DNA of 61,743 nucleotides, filler included, from Hausera hauseri (Eukaryota): assembly GCA_046269625.1 (NCBI GenBank). It is 11 parts of 11 records of this genome, joined end to end, with 100 filler letters (N's around TTAATTAATTAA, not from the genome) between each part and the next. Parts side by side here need not be neighbours in the genome. Positions count along the whole stretch, not along the records: positions 11,753 to 17,394 come from JBJURY010215188.1; positions 17,495 to 21,598 come from JBJURY010759429.1; positions 21,699 to 26,303 come from JBJURY010508684.1; 8 more parts are not named here. One strand, written 5' to 3'. The notes under the pieces were generated by a model. It was not told the DNA's origin, ran no database searches, and was given only the letters and a program-made list of their open reading frames with translations. A program made the translations under genes and the position numbers. Positions 12,441-25,183 of this stretch are shown in pieces. Within the stretch, counting starts at the first letter, position 1, and every line of letters begins with the position of its first letter.

Positions 12441-13921
12441 CTACGGTTTCAGCACTTCAAATCTGCGAACGCAGTCCTCTGAATGCATTTAGCTTTTTTT
12501 GCACTCCCTTCTAAGTAAAAAAGATCGTTACCTACACAAATTTGTAGGGCTCCTGTGTTAATGAAAACCGGTGGAAAGCGCTCAGGGAAGACAAATTGCG
12601 CATTTTATTTAATCTGTGTCTTCTGGCGGGAGTTGGCCATGCAAAAAACACCAATGTTTTTGAACTATGGAGTGAGCTCGATGACCGTCCTATTTTCAAT
12701 AGATCAATGCCGCGTGGTCGATTCTTAGCTTTGCGGCAGTGCCTTGGATTTGATGACAAGATGAACCGTACTCAAAGGCAATAGGCAGACAAGTTTGCTC
12801 CTCTCATAGAAATCTTCAACGATGTTATCACAAAGTTTCACTCTGCAGACATCCATAGTGAATATCTAACTGTCGACGAACAGCTGGTGACTTTTCGAGG
12901 CCGTTGTGGTTTTAAAATGTTTATTCCTTCAAAGTCGGGAAAGTACGGCCTGAAGCTGTGGGCACTGACTGATTCGACCAACGCCTACTGCCTCAACTAA
13001 CAGTCATACATCGGCCGTGAAGGCATTCGTGAAGAGATTGGACTTGGAATGCGGGTGGTGTTGGAACTGACGGATTTCTTGAGCGGTAGTGATAGACATA
13101 TAACGGCTGACAACATCTCCAATGTTACTTCGACACGTTCCTTATTGGGGAGAAATATTAGATACACAGGCACTCTGAAAAAGAACAAGGCAGAAATTCC
13201 ACAACAGCTCCGTCGTGTCAAGCATGTTTGCGTTTACTCATGTCATGGCCCTAGTTTCATACGTTCCGAAGAAGAACAAGGCGGTCATCCTCCTCTCCAC
13301 TCACCACGTTGATAACGGCAATATTTCTCCCGACAATTATAAGAAACCGGAAATAATTGTTGATTATAACCAGTGGAAGGGTGGAGTAGATACTTTGAAC
13401 CAGCTAGTACGACACTACAGCTGAAAAGGAAAACCATCCCGATGGCCATTCGCGCTTTTCTGCAATCTGCTGGTCATCATGGCTTATTATGCAATGGTAT
13501 TTCTTGTGCTAGTTGGCTAAATCAGTGCTGCCGGCTGCAGTGGAGAATGTGCCACAGCACATAGCTATGACTACTGAAAATAGATGCATCAAATGTCGCT
13601 GTTGTTACATGTGTCTACGAGACAACGATCACAAACATCTAGATGAGTGCCATGAGTGTGCAAACACTGCAAAAATCATCGCACCATTAAGGGTTTACAC
13701 TGTAATTAACAATCATGGGAGTACACCAAATTGAATGACTATATGATAAACTGTCTGCCCACAAAAGTATGTTTTATATTTTAACACCTTGTAATAATAA
13801 ATAAACTAATTAAACCGTCTGCTTGCGTTAGTAAAGCTTGTCTTATGCGTTTTATTTATTTTTATGAGTTCACTGGTGACCCCACCATATTTTAAGGGAT
13901 TTTGTACCCCTTTTATTAGGG
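12441..13921 (+). mobile_element. Decayed piggyBac element, 5' end lost, 3' end GGG-TTAA
   Basis: LTVDEQLVTFRGRC, ITADN, YNQWKGGVDTLNQ motifs, Cys-rich tail; AGGG|TTAA at 13918-13925. Confidence 0.9.
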
Positions 13922-14458
13922 TTAATAAAAAATCGACGTCAGCAAAAGTTATTAAAGTAGGTTGTTATTAAGAAAAAAATTAAAGAATATCTAAATTAAA
14001 TTATTCAATAACACTGTTAGAATACAGGCATGTTCTGTTGGCTTAATTTTAATTACTATCGTTATACTGTAATAAACTATTATGTTACATGTCGTTAGAT
14101 ACTGCCATAATTTGTGTACTTGAATCTATCTCATCCTTTTGTAACATATCAGGAGATATAGAAACCAATATTACACTCAGTTTCATTTAAAGTGACAATA
14201 ATTTCTATAGTAATCAACATCGCAAGCATCACAGGTCAAATTAAATTTTGAGTGACCTTGCAATTTGTGTATAAACATAAATATAGATTTTCTAATATTT
14301 ATGAACTACTTAAATTCTAAGTAGATTACTATTTTTATCATGTTCCCAGAATTTTCAAAATATTCCAAACATCAATCTAACGAATAAAACATACATTATC
14401 AAAAATGAATGAAATGCATTAATAAACATGGTACATGCTTTGAATTAAGTTATATTAA

Positions 14459-16717
14459 CCACTTAAGCATCTCGAACAAGACCCTCTCGCGCATCAAATG
14501 TGTTCCGATTTGCGCTATCCCGAGTACCTCTCGCCACTTATAAATATTATGTTTATATTTTTATCTGGAGCGATACCTTCTCGCCCGTTTGTATTTCATA
14601 GAGCTTAGTGTATATTTATTGTATGCTCGTTCGAATTTAGTGCGTGCGCCAGTGGCATGCGCCCGCATGCGTATAACAAAACAAACATAAACAAACACGA
14701 TCAGACGTGCTTTTTCTTTGCATTCACGGTTTTATGCAGTGTTTTTCAGTTGCATACTTTAAGTGTATTATTTTGCAAATATTTTTTATTTATTGTTTTT
14801 GATCGTAAAGTAAGTAATTTTTACTTTATATTTATACATCAATTTCTATATTCAACAATTTTCATTTATTTTATCTGATTTTTTTTCAATTTTTTGCAGA
14901 ATGGAAAGCGATAGCGATAGCGGAGAGGAGTTCGATATTGAACATTCTGAAACCGATTCAACATGTTCAGCTCTGAGTGCTAGTTCAGACAATGAAACAG
15001 ATTCAAATCAATCGCAAAACGATATATCCGACGAATGGACGGAAATAAATATTGAAACCGATATACCCGCAGCATCAACATCTTTTGACTTTACTGCAAA
15101 TTCGCAGATAAATGAGGAAATTTCATCGTTTACAAAACCGAGTCAATTTTTCAACTACTTTTTCGATGACGAATTAGTACAAAATATTGTAGACCAAACA
15201 AATTTGTACTATGTACAAACTATAAGAAAAAGACCATCAACTTCTTCCGCCAATGTTGAAAATACATGGTCTACCACCATTTCAGAAATGAGGATTTTTT
15301 TTCCGTTACCACGGCTATGAGTATTGTCCAAAAACCAGAAGAAAAATTGTACTGGACTAGAAGACCGTCAATTTTCACACCGTTTTATGCTAAGTTGATG
15401 TCACATCGAAAATTTATTTTCATAAAAAAATACCTACATTTTGCAAATAACGCAACATATGACCCCGCTATACATCCACAGCCAAAACTCAACAAAATTT
15501 GGCCCGTATATTTTCACCTAAATAGGAAATTCCAAGAGGCATATACACCGCAACAGCACATCACTATTGATGAAAGTCTTATGTTGTACAAAGGTAGATT
15601 AGGTTGGGTACAATACATACCAATGAAAAGAGCCAGATTTGGGATAAAAAGTTATTTTTTGTGCGAATCCAAATCGGGATATATATGGTCATCACTTATA
15701 TATACAGGGAAAGGAACAATTATCGGGGAACAACAATATGTCAATTTACCAATGTCAACGCAAGTTGTAATGGCTCTCATGAAACCATTACTAAACAAAG
15801 GTTATTGCCTTACAATTGATAATTTTTATTCATCCGTTGAATTAGCAGATCTTCTAGTATTACATACCACCGATACCTATGGAACCATAAAATCTAATAG
15901 AAAAGGAAATCCTAAAAATTTAACGGTTCCAAAAAAAAGTAAGGCCGGGATTTTTATCAGCATATCGAAAAAGAAAAATAATGGTGATGAGATGGAAGGA
16001 TAAGAGGGATGTGTTCTTTCTCTCTACCATACATGGCACCAACTCCATAGAATATTTAAAGAAAAATATTAGAAAGAGCAAACCACAAGTAGTTATGGAC
16101 TATAATTTCACCATGGGAGGTGTTGATAGAGTAGATCAACACCTCTCAAATTATCCTGTTGCGCGCAAAAGGGGGAAGAAGTATTATAAAAAAATGTTTT
16201 TCCATTTATTGGAGCAAGCATTGTGGAATGCTTTTGTTTTGTACACAAAACAAGTGGGCTCTACGAGTAACTTAGAGTTTCGCTTACTACTAATCGATGA
16301 ATATGTAGAAATGTACCATGATCCACAATATTCATCAAAAGGTGGTCGTCCAAGCAAGAGCAATCCATTAAGATTGACAGAACGTCACTTCTTGGAACCA
16401 ATTCCAAGTACCGAAAAAAATCGGCTCCAACAAAAAGATGTGCCGTCTGCTGCAGTAAACAAAATGAGAAGGGGAAGAAAATTCGGCGTGAAAGTCGGTA
16501 TTATTGCCCTGACTGCAACGTGGGTTTATGTTTGACACCTTGTTTTAAGATTTATCACACAAAGTTGAATTTTTAATTTTTTTAAAAAATTAACGTTTTT
16601 CAATTTTTTGTTTTTTTAAGTTTATATTATGATTTCTACTTTATCAATATTATAAATAAAAACAAAAAACCCTGCTTTTTTGACCTCATTTCACAGAAAA
16701 ACCCTCGCATTAAGTGG
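14459..16717 (+). mobile_element. Full-length piggyBac element with TTAA target-site duplications
   Basis: TTAA|CCACTTAA...TTAAGTGG|TTAA termini enclosing a complete transposase. Confidence 0.92.
14901..16576 (+). CDS. piggyBac (PGBD4-like) transposase, three frameshifts near homopolymer runs
   Basis: Acidic N-terminus, ITIDESL / LTIDNFY / MGGVDRVD catalytic Asp motifs, C-terminal KRCAVC..YCPDCNVGLCLTPCFKIYH. Confidence 0.9.
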
Positions 16718-17394
16718 TTAATATTTCATCAATGTTGCGAACTGGCTATACACATTACATCACACTAAATTTAATATTAATTCAGTAAACCTAACATATG
16801 TTTTTTACATGTATGTATGTCCCTTTATATTAAACTTGTCTTAATAAAACTTTTAGGATATTTGTAAATCTTCATTAGCAATTCATGTGTCTCGTTTCAC
16901 TTCATTTCCACTTCAGGTTTGCAAATGCCAATATTTTCTTCTTACTTTTGGATCTACCAAAGTAGAATAATCAATAAATTACATTTAAATTATTACCATA
17001 CCTAAGTCGAATGCGCAATTTGAATGAATTATGGTAAATTATAAATCAAATAATATTAACAAACATTTACAGTTGCACTACACACATGCTCAAATGCGAA
17101 AAAATTATAAGCAATTGTGTGTTTGAAAAGTAAACAAGTTAACATTAGTCTTCAAATTTATTTGTCAAACCATGTAGTATAATACGGTATATCGGTGTTC
17201 TAAAATAGTGATAAAAAGAATCGATATAATTTGAAAATGATGATTCAGCGTCTGGTAATGGCAGAAAATCGAATATATATTGGAAGACCACAAAAGATTG
17301 AGAATGTCCTTGAATGTCCAAGACATCTATTACTATTAATATTTTCTTTTTTAACTCAGTTTTGTTTGTGAGCTGTGTTTAAGGTTAGGTAATT

Positions 17395-17494
17395 NNNNNN
17401 NNNNNNNNNNNNNNNNNNNNNNNNNNNNNNNNNNNNNNTTAATTAATTAANNNNNNNNNNNNNNNNNNNNNNNNNNNNNNNNNNNNNNNNNNNN
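17395..17494. other. Artificial contig spacer
   Basis: N44-TTAATTAATTAA-N44. Confidence 0.98.
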
Positions 17495-17678
17495 TTATTC
17501 ACAAGTGGCACAGGCGTATTTATATCAAATTGGGAGTGGGAATAGTGAAACCACGACCAAGCCAATCGATATTATAAAAAATATTGATTTCCAAATTTTT
17601 CCCATATAAAAACATTAATTATTAAATATTGATTTCAAATCCTGGGGGGTCTCAAAATAGAAAATTTATATTGGCCTC

Positions 17679-18296
17679 ATGTGCTCACATCCCCCTACTC
17701 TTGTAGAGTTGTTTTGGTCAAAAGATTGTGAAGAAAGTTTCAGTTTACTGAAATTGAACCTATGTGAAGCGCCAATATTAACCTTCATGGATCCTACGAT
17801 GAATTTTATTTTGGATACAGATGCATCATTTGATGCAATCGGAGCAATACTCAGCCACCAAATAGGAAATGAAGAAAAAGTAGCAATGTATTGTGGTGCC
17901 CACATTCACCCATTTGGTGGTCTGCATGTGCAACTTTTGATGTTAAAAATTTTTTTTTGTTTAATTATGGAAAATACATTATGGTTACGGAATTTTTCGA
18001 CTCTTAATTTAAATGACATTTTGTTCACTGAATTATCGAATGATTTTGGAAATCTCTCCGTTTTGCAGGAGCTGGAAATGAGAGATAATTGCTTAAAAAC
18101 TCTTCCAAATTCCTTTGCTAAACTTCAATGTCTTGAACTACTAGACTTGGGTGGAAATGAATTTCAGGAATTTCCGAAACCTCTTGGAAAACTGTCAGAT
18201 CTAAAAGTGTTGTGCATGTATAATAATGAATTGACGGGCATTCACAAAACTGGTGTCAGTAGCCCCCACCTGTATTCAGTCGCTATACAGGGATAA
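17679..18296 (+). pseudogene. Chimeric ORF: Gypsy RT-connection/RNase H fragment joined to LAP/Scribble-like leucine-rich repeats
   Basis: WSKDCEESFSLLK..FILDTDASFDAIGAIL followed by LQELEMRDNCLKTLPNSFAKLQCLELLDLGGNEF. Confidence 0.7.
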
Positions 18297-19324
18297 GATG
18301 CTCAATATCGCATAACGGACACGGATCCATTAGGATCAACCGTTTTCCATCAGCCAGTTAACCCAGGAGAGACTGGTTGTCTCATAGTCGAAGAACAACA
18401 TTTGGAGTTTTACATTCCATATCTTCATCACGGCGAAATCCAGGAGTTATTCTATTTCTCCATCGACGACGCAGTCGATACATCAGAGACTTGCGGTGCT
18501 ACTCACCTCGATTTGAATGATTCTAATAAATGCAAATCATCACAACTTACACAAACAGACCTCTTTCACAAATCTCATAGCCCAAACGATCTGTCTTCTC
18601 ACAAATCTCACAAACGTTCTCGTGAATCCGATTATGACGATAGCGATTCGTTGTTCGATCGACCACCGAATAAAATGTTAAAAACCGACGATTGTTCAAA
18701 CGATTCTCATCGTACTTTCTCAGCAGAGTATATTTGTCAAGATATCGAAGGATCCAATGCACACACTCGTCAGAAATCGGTATGTGATTTATCAAAACAC
18801 TTTGAAAGCTCATCCAAGGATAAATTGTCGAACATTTTACGGCTTATATCCAGAGCTCATTAGATCGTTATTCACAAAATCTCCGGGTCAGTTGGAAGGA
18901 AAAGGACTGTGCACTGTTTTTAGATATGTCCATCGCGTCGCGTAGCGGTGCCGAAAGATGCGGCGTTGCCAGTGCCGGCTCCGTCAACATTGCTTCATAT
19001 TATAATAGTGAAGTAGAACAATCCATGCCGAACATAATGCTTCTCGGTTACAATCCACCGACGTGTTGGTCATCAGAAGAGTCAGGTTGGGTCCCGCCTT
19101 GCAAAACTGATGGATGGGTGGGGTGGGGTGGGGGGTGATGTAATGCCAACATTTTTCTAACTGGTGATCTGCACGTGGAACTTGTAATGTTAAATGTTTT
19201 TGTTCAAATATTGAAAAACATTATGATGAATTTTGAAATAAAATTTATTTAGCGTGAATTCTTTGACTTTATATCCGCCATTTCAAGCGATTTTCTTAAC
19301 TTGAACAAACGTTATGAAAAAGAG

Positions 19325-19621
19325 TGTTAGGATATGGCTGAATATCAGTCGACAGAGAACAGATGTTGAAATTAAAATCCAAAAAAGGGGAATTGTCTGA
19401 GTGAAGATGAAAATTCCAAAACGATATATCTAAAAAATCTTTTGACCCAAGAAAGATTCAATGTAAAACGGTGGCGTATTACGAATTAGAAATTCAAAAC
19501 GGTGAAACTCATGTTTTTTGAGGCAGAAAATCGGGACCCGAACTAGGTACCCGATGCGGAGGCAACGGAGGCTGTGCCCAACCAAATGGGCCAGAGAGCA
19601 CCTGCCGCTGTGGGCACCACA
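19325..19621 (-). repeat. 3' LTR (far boundary tentative)
   Basis: Begins TG after the PPT on the minus strand; similar copy at 12345-12440. Confidence 0.6.
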
Positions 19622-21598
19622 TCACCCCCAACCGTTGCAAAGTGAAAACTGTGAAGGGTAAAAAAGAAAGAGAAAAAACAGCAAAACGAAAAAGTGTCTG
19701 TGTCAGTCGGTCTTAGTGTGGACAAGACGTTGGGTGCCTTCTATAAATTTTTCCCTGCTATACTTGCTGAATGTGACTCTGCGTGTTTTGTTTTTATGCT
19801 GTGTGTTTGTTTGCATAGGTTGAGGTTGGGGAAAAATGGTCGGATTTTATTGTGAATATTGTATCGTGCGAAGAGGAATCAGAATGAAGAGAAGTAAAAG
19901 GTAAAAAAGGAAGAGAGATTGTTGAAGACGAAGGAATGATTGAAGGTGTAATGGCGGATAAAGGAAGAGAAAGAAAAGTTGGAGTAGAGGTTGGAATTGA
20001 ATTGTATGAGAGAGTGGAAGTAGATGATGAAACTGAAGTAGTAGTAAAGAGAGAAAAAACGATAGAGAAAGAGGTAAAGAGAGGAGGAAGTTGTAAAGCG
20101 AGAGTGAAAGGAGTATATGATGTGTGAGGATAAAAGGAGGAATAAAGCGCCGAAGATGGTGAAGGTGTGGAAGGAGAAGGAGAGAGAGACAGAGAAAACG
20201 GTGAAGAGGTACAAGGCAAAAGAGAGCGAGGAGATGGAGAAGGCAAAGGAAATTAGTTGAAAGGTGATGTGTAAGAGGTTGGAATGATGAAAGGTGTAGA
20301 TTTAGAAATTGGTGAATTAGAAATGGTGTTTTATGGAGGGAGTGCTGTGAAAGGAGAAAGTAGGTTGTTTTTAGGGTATGAAGGAGATGGTGGAAGGCTT
20401 GAAGGTGCAAAATCGGACGGAGAGAAAGAGACTGAAATGTGAGAAGAAATTGAAGTGGAAGTTTTGGGAGAAGACGTAAGGGAAAGTGTATTAAGACATT
20501 GAGCAGAGATTGAAGGTGAATTGTTGAATTGCTGCGCGTCGTATAAAGTGTTGGTGTAGAAGTGGTTTTGACGGGAGACGTGTCGTCAATGAAGAAGGCC
20601 GGTTTAGCATTATTAATGTGAACGGTTACTTCTTTGTCCTCTTTAAGAATGATGATGTTGTGAGAGTGTAAGCGAATTACTTTGTAAGGGCCAACATACT
20701 GAGGTTGAAAGCCACACGGCGTCTGATTTTTTAACCAAGCGAACTTGGCAGTATATAAATCGTCGGGTATGTAGGGTTTATTTGCGTGTAACAATCTGCA
20801 AAATGAGTCTTTGCTGATCTCAACGAAGTGTCTCTGTGCTGCTTGTATGGTTTCTTCTGTAGGAGTATTGTTCAGCTCAGTTAGCTCGAATAATGATCTG
20901 ATAGAAGTGCCAAATAATGCTTCTGCAGGTGAACAGCCTGTAGAAGTTTATGGTGTGTTCCTCCAGCCAAGCAGAACGTACGGAAGGAGTGTGGTCCAAC
21001 TGCGATTAGACTCAGCAAGAATTTTAAGAGACGTTTTCATGGTGCGGTGAAAGCGTTCGAGAAGGCCGTTCGATTTGGGATGATATGGTGATGTGTGAAT
21101 GTGATTAATTCCAAATCGATTGACAAGAGCTTTAAACAGGTTGGATTCGAACTGTGGACCTTGGTCCGAAATGATGTGGCCAGGTGATTCAAACCTGCTG
21201 ATCCAAGTGCGGATGAAAACGTCTGCGATGGTCTCTGTGTTGGTGCTATGAAGCGGGACAGCTTCTGGCCATCGCGAGGAACGGTCCATCATTGTGAGGA
21301 TGAACTGATGACCGTTGTCTAAGGGTAATGGGCCTACGAGGTCAATGTGTACAGATTTGAAACGAGACGTGCAGGGAAAATGATATAGTGGTGGCTTTAG
21401 GTGCTTAGTAACTTTGTATTTTTAGCATGCCACACACTGTGTAACTCATGCCTGCACGTCAGAGCGCATCGACGACCATACTACTTGGCGTTGTAGAAGG
21501 CGAAAAGTGGCCTTGGAAACAGGATGATGCAACGAATGTACGCTGTGGAACGCTTCCTTTTGAAGCGACTCAGAAAGAATGATTTTGGGATTATTAGG
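19325..21598 (-). mobile_element. 3' part of a Gypsy element: integrase, Ser/Pro/Thr-rich pyrimidine tract, PPT and LTR
   Basis: HIDLVGPLP, DRSSRWPEAVP, ISDQGPQF, YHPKSNGLLERFHRT, YVGPYKV; GGGGG tract before TGTGGTGCCC at 19621. Confidence 0.9.
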
Positions 21599-21698
21599 NN
21601 NNNNNNNNNNNNNNNNNNNNNNNNNNNNNNNNNNNNNNNNNNTTAATTAATTAANNNNNNNNNNNNNNNNNNNNNNNNNNNNNNNNNNNNNNNNNNNN
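21599..21698. other. Artificial contig spacer
   Basis: N44-TTAATTAATTAA-N44. Confidence 0.98.
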
Positions 21699-21766
21699 TT
21701 CCTCACTGTATAGTATTGCAGCGCAAGATAGGGCATAGTGAACTCTACTAATTCGAGGTGCTACTA

Positions 21767-22891
21767 CTAAAATTTCGTTTTTGTAAATATTTTTGCGCTA
21801 ATTCGTTGATTATTTATAATTGTGGGAATACATGGAATTGTTGGTGCTTTCCTTTCGATTCCTGTTACCGTACATCGCCATATAGCATTTACGACGCGGA
21901 ACATAGCAAATATTAGTGAATATTCCTGGTTAGGTCGTGAAAATATGCAGGTTGATTGATTATGTTCTCTGGAGTAATGAATGTTATTACTACTGATGGA
22001 TATACCAGCATATCGAGTGGTTATTTGCATTACCCTACCTTTTGGTATTTTTCTATCCCATTCAACTAAGAGGCGTTGCTTTTTGTAATCAGGTTGGCCT
22101 ATAAATATTTTTTCTTCTAAGAACAATCTGTATATATTAGTTTGCTTTTTGTGTTCAAGTGAATTATCCGTCAGAGATATCGTAACTGTCTTCGGTTCTG
22201 CGGGTATCACTATTTCAATTGTCTGATTTTTGGTGAGGGGTAAATCCTTACTTCTTGATGTATGTATTTGCACGGAATAAATAGATCCAGGGGTAACTTT
22301 ACAACAGTTTTCTTTGTGTGTGGATGTATACGTACATATTATCTTTGATCTTCTGTAGAAGGTTAATGTTCCCCATTGTTCCTTTACTGATTTATCATTC
22401 GTTTTATTCTGTTTAGAAGAAAATTTTATAAATAGACACTTCTTTCTATGATTGTACTGGATAAGGAGGTTTCCTGGTCTGGTTTCTTGGATATCCCATG
22501 GTTCTGTTTTCGGATTTCTTTTTAGATATTTCATAAAGTCTGAAAATATATCCAATGCTGTCCGATTGAGCAAGTTTGTTGTCATTTTCTGAGGATTTAG
22601 AGTTAGCTGTGTTAATAAAGTCAGTATACAGCAAACTAATATACTCAGTGGTACAATCATCCGATGAGGTTTTGGGCAATTTCCAATTCGCATTTGATGG
22701 GAATTGGCGTGCTTTCTAGTCTGTCGACGTCTTCTGATATATAGGATTAATGTTGGTATAACTATAATTATAACGACAAAAGGGAATATAATAATTATTA
22801 GCAATAATGACCTAAAATCTTGACTTATTGTTATATTAGGCAATTTATTCTTTATCAATATTTCGTTTTCGATAGTTGTTGTTTGAACCAT
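21767..22891 (-). CDS. Membrane protein: TM helix, second hydrophobic segment, Cys-rich/FN3-like domains
   Basis: LLLIIIIFPFVVIIIVIPTLILYIRRRR; IVPLSILVCCILTLL; KCLFIKF..ICTYTSTHKENCCKVTPGSIYSVQI. Confidence 0.55.
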   Translation of the reverse strand: MVQTTTIENEILIKNKLPNITISQDFRSLLLIIIIFPFVVIIIVIPTLILYIRRRRQTRKHANSHQMRIGNCPKPHRMIVPLSILVCCILTLLTQLTLNPQKMTTNLLNRTALDIFSDFMKYLKRNPKTEPWDIQETRPGNLLIQYNHRKKCLFIKFSSKQNKTNDKSVKEQWGTLTFYRRSKIICTYTSTHKENCCKVTPGSIYSVQIHTSRSKDLPLTKNQTIEIVIPAEPKTVTISLTDNSLEHKKQTNIYRLFLEEKIFIGQPDYKKQRLLVEWDRKIPKGRVMQITTRYAGISISSNNIHYSREHNQSTCIFSRPNQEYSLIFAMFRVVNAIWRCTVTGIERKAPTIPCIPTIINNQRISAKIFTKTKF

Positions 22892-22988
22892 CGTCTATGA
22901 ATGCGATCGTCATATTCTCACATTTTTTCATTTTGGATAATTCTTTGTTATAGTATAAACGTAAAATACGCTTATCGAAAGCATTTAA

Positions 22989-24041
22989 TCACCGGAGGTT
23001 CCTTGTCATATCTGTTGCTGTTTCCTCTTCATTATTTGGTTTTTGTCGACGGGTTTTTATAATTTTTTTCCGTTTTTCTTTGAATGGTTTGGCTATTTCT
23101 TCGCTGTTGTTTAGTTCACAAAATATTAAATGATACCGTATTTTATTTAATTTACTCGAGAATCCGCTTGCATTCACCATGTCGAACTTATCTATACCTT
23201 CATAATCTTGTGGGGTTAATGCAGTATTTACATCTCGGTCCACATAATTGTTCCCTACTATTCGCGCTTTATCTCCGTCGTAAACATTTATTTCTTCCCG
23301 TATAAGGTCGTCTTTTATGGCCATGAGTGTATATGTCATCCAGCAGTTAATCATAAAAGCATACGTTTGAGTTTTGATGCTTAGCTCTTTACCATAATAT
23401 CTAAATAGTCCTAGGCATCTGTTGGCTAGTTTAAGGATCTTTTTTGGAGGTTTATTTGCTATTAATTTCGGGAAGATTCTTTGAAGGTAATTAATTATGT
23501 GCGTCATGGGAAATGATAATGGTATTTCTTGAAAGAAACGAGTGATCAGCACACGTTCTCTGCGGCTTCCAACAAATAAAGGTTGATATATGGTTTTATC
23601 TCCATATACTATATTTTCCTCGTGAGTTAGGTTGTATTTCTCTATTAGCAGGTCAAATGACTGGAGACAACGTATTATCTGTAGTGCGGAGTGGGTTTCT
23701 AATCGAGCCTTTATTAATGAGTCGTGTTCTGGGCACATGGGTTCATTACATAATATTCCCATTACATCGTTCCAGGTCTCTATCAAGACTTTGGTAGGCT
23801 GTAGCCATAAGGGTTGTAACGGTATTTCCATTATAATTTGTTGCAGTAGATAGAATCCTTCATAGTATACTTTGGTTTGAAAGTCACTCAGTGGACAAGA
23901 TAGCAGATTATCTATTGGAATTTTATAGGAGAAGTATAAGATGCTGGATATCAGAAGTAGTTGGTATTTATAAGTTGATTCCTTAAAATTTAATTCGGTT
24001 TCTTGTTTTAGTCGATTAAAATATGGTTCGTACAGGATCAT
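22989..24041 (-). CDS. Unknown helical-looking protein fragment (350 aa)
   Basis: Long uninterrupted ORF in AT-rich DNA, same strand bias as neighbours; no family recognised. Confidence 0.45.
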   Translation of the reverse strand: MILYEPYFNRLKQETELNFKESTYKYQLLLISSILYFSYKIPIDNLLSCPLSDFQTKVYYEGFYLLQQIIMEIPLQPLWLQPTKVLIETWNDVMGILCNEPMCPEHDSLIKARLETHSALQIIRCLQSFDLLIEKYNLTHEENIVYGDKTIYQPLFVGSRRERVLITRFFQEIPLSFPMTHIINYLQRIFPKLIANKPPKKILKLANRCLGLFRYYGKELSIKTQTYAFMINCWMTYTLMAIKDDLIREEINVYDGDKARIVGNNYVDRDVNTALTPQDYEGIDKFDMVNASGFSSKLNKIRYHLIFCELNNSEEIAKPFKEKRKKIIKTRRQKPNNEEETATDMTRNLR

Positions 24042-25183
24042 ATACAGTTTTATGAAGTCTTTTCGGTCCTCGTATGGTAATTGATCTATACTACCTTCTA
24101 ATAGTAAACAATTAATAATATGTCTGAGCCCTTCACGAGATGTCTAGCCGAATATACGAAGCTTAGTGGTATGGTAATCTTCGTAAAACAAGGTAATAAG
24201 GTGGTCATTTCTTGGTTCTATATTATCTAACCATTGTTCGGTCCTATCTGCTATAAGACGTAGCTTTTTATGGTATTTGGAATATCTCACTCCTCTGGGC
24301 ATATTTCTATTGAATCAATGGGATGGTGTAGTGGTTGATAAACTAATATATGTAATACTCGATCAATTTCCTCTCTATTAGACCGGAGGTTAGTTGGGTT
24401 TATTATTAGGGTATTTATTAGCCTAAAGTATAGAATTATCTGATTAGCCATTACATAACTATATCCTTTTACTGGATTTACTACGCTTACAATGGTGACC
24501 AGAATTGTGTGGGTCTCAGACGTTGCTGTCATCGGTGTCAAGTTAAAATCTTCCTGTATCGCTTCTATTAGATCTGGTGCAATTATCCTCTTAATTTTAT
24601 ATTGTTCCCATTTAATTCCGTTTTAATTTAATTCGTCCATGGCTTTCTGTACCGGTGTAGGTAATTTCTTCCATTCGTCGGTATTAATATAATTTTTATG
24701 AAACATCTCTTTGGGGCAGTAATATTTCCGTTTTTTCGGAGGGGGTCGTGTTCAGAATTGGTAGTTTTCCAAACTTTCCCTTGGTTTGGATACGGTACTC
24801 TTTGTTCTGTATGACAGGAACAGTGGGGAAGTACTTTTTCCTTTTAATATTCTTTCAATATATGTATTAAATTAGAATAATCGTCATCAGATTGTATTTG
24901 TTCGCAAAGTTGCTTTTCAGATAACGGTTTGTCGGGTGAAAAGTTCGATGGTTGTGTTTTGCTGACTTCTTTTGGGGTCTCCGTTGAATTTAAATAATCC
25001 GAGTATTCTTTCGACAGTCTAATGGTGCGTAGGAATTCCGATGATGTTCTCATACTATTTAAAGGGAATTCATTTGTTATATGGTCTATATTATCATCAC
25101 TGTTGAATGTCGTGGATTTTTCTTTTATTAAAATATTTATTCCAGACGGAATCCGGGACGCTTATTATTTTCCAACATCCATT

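Noticed and set aside
19110-19180. G-rich tract followed by TGTAATG as a plus-strand PPT/LTR
   Set aside because: No matching second LTR or adjacent plus-strand integrase
22989-24041. Possible second Bcl-2-like fold (ANRCLGLFRY resembling BH1)
   Set aside because: No BH2 GGW motif; similarity too weak by eye
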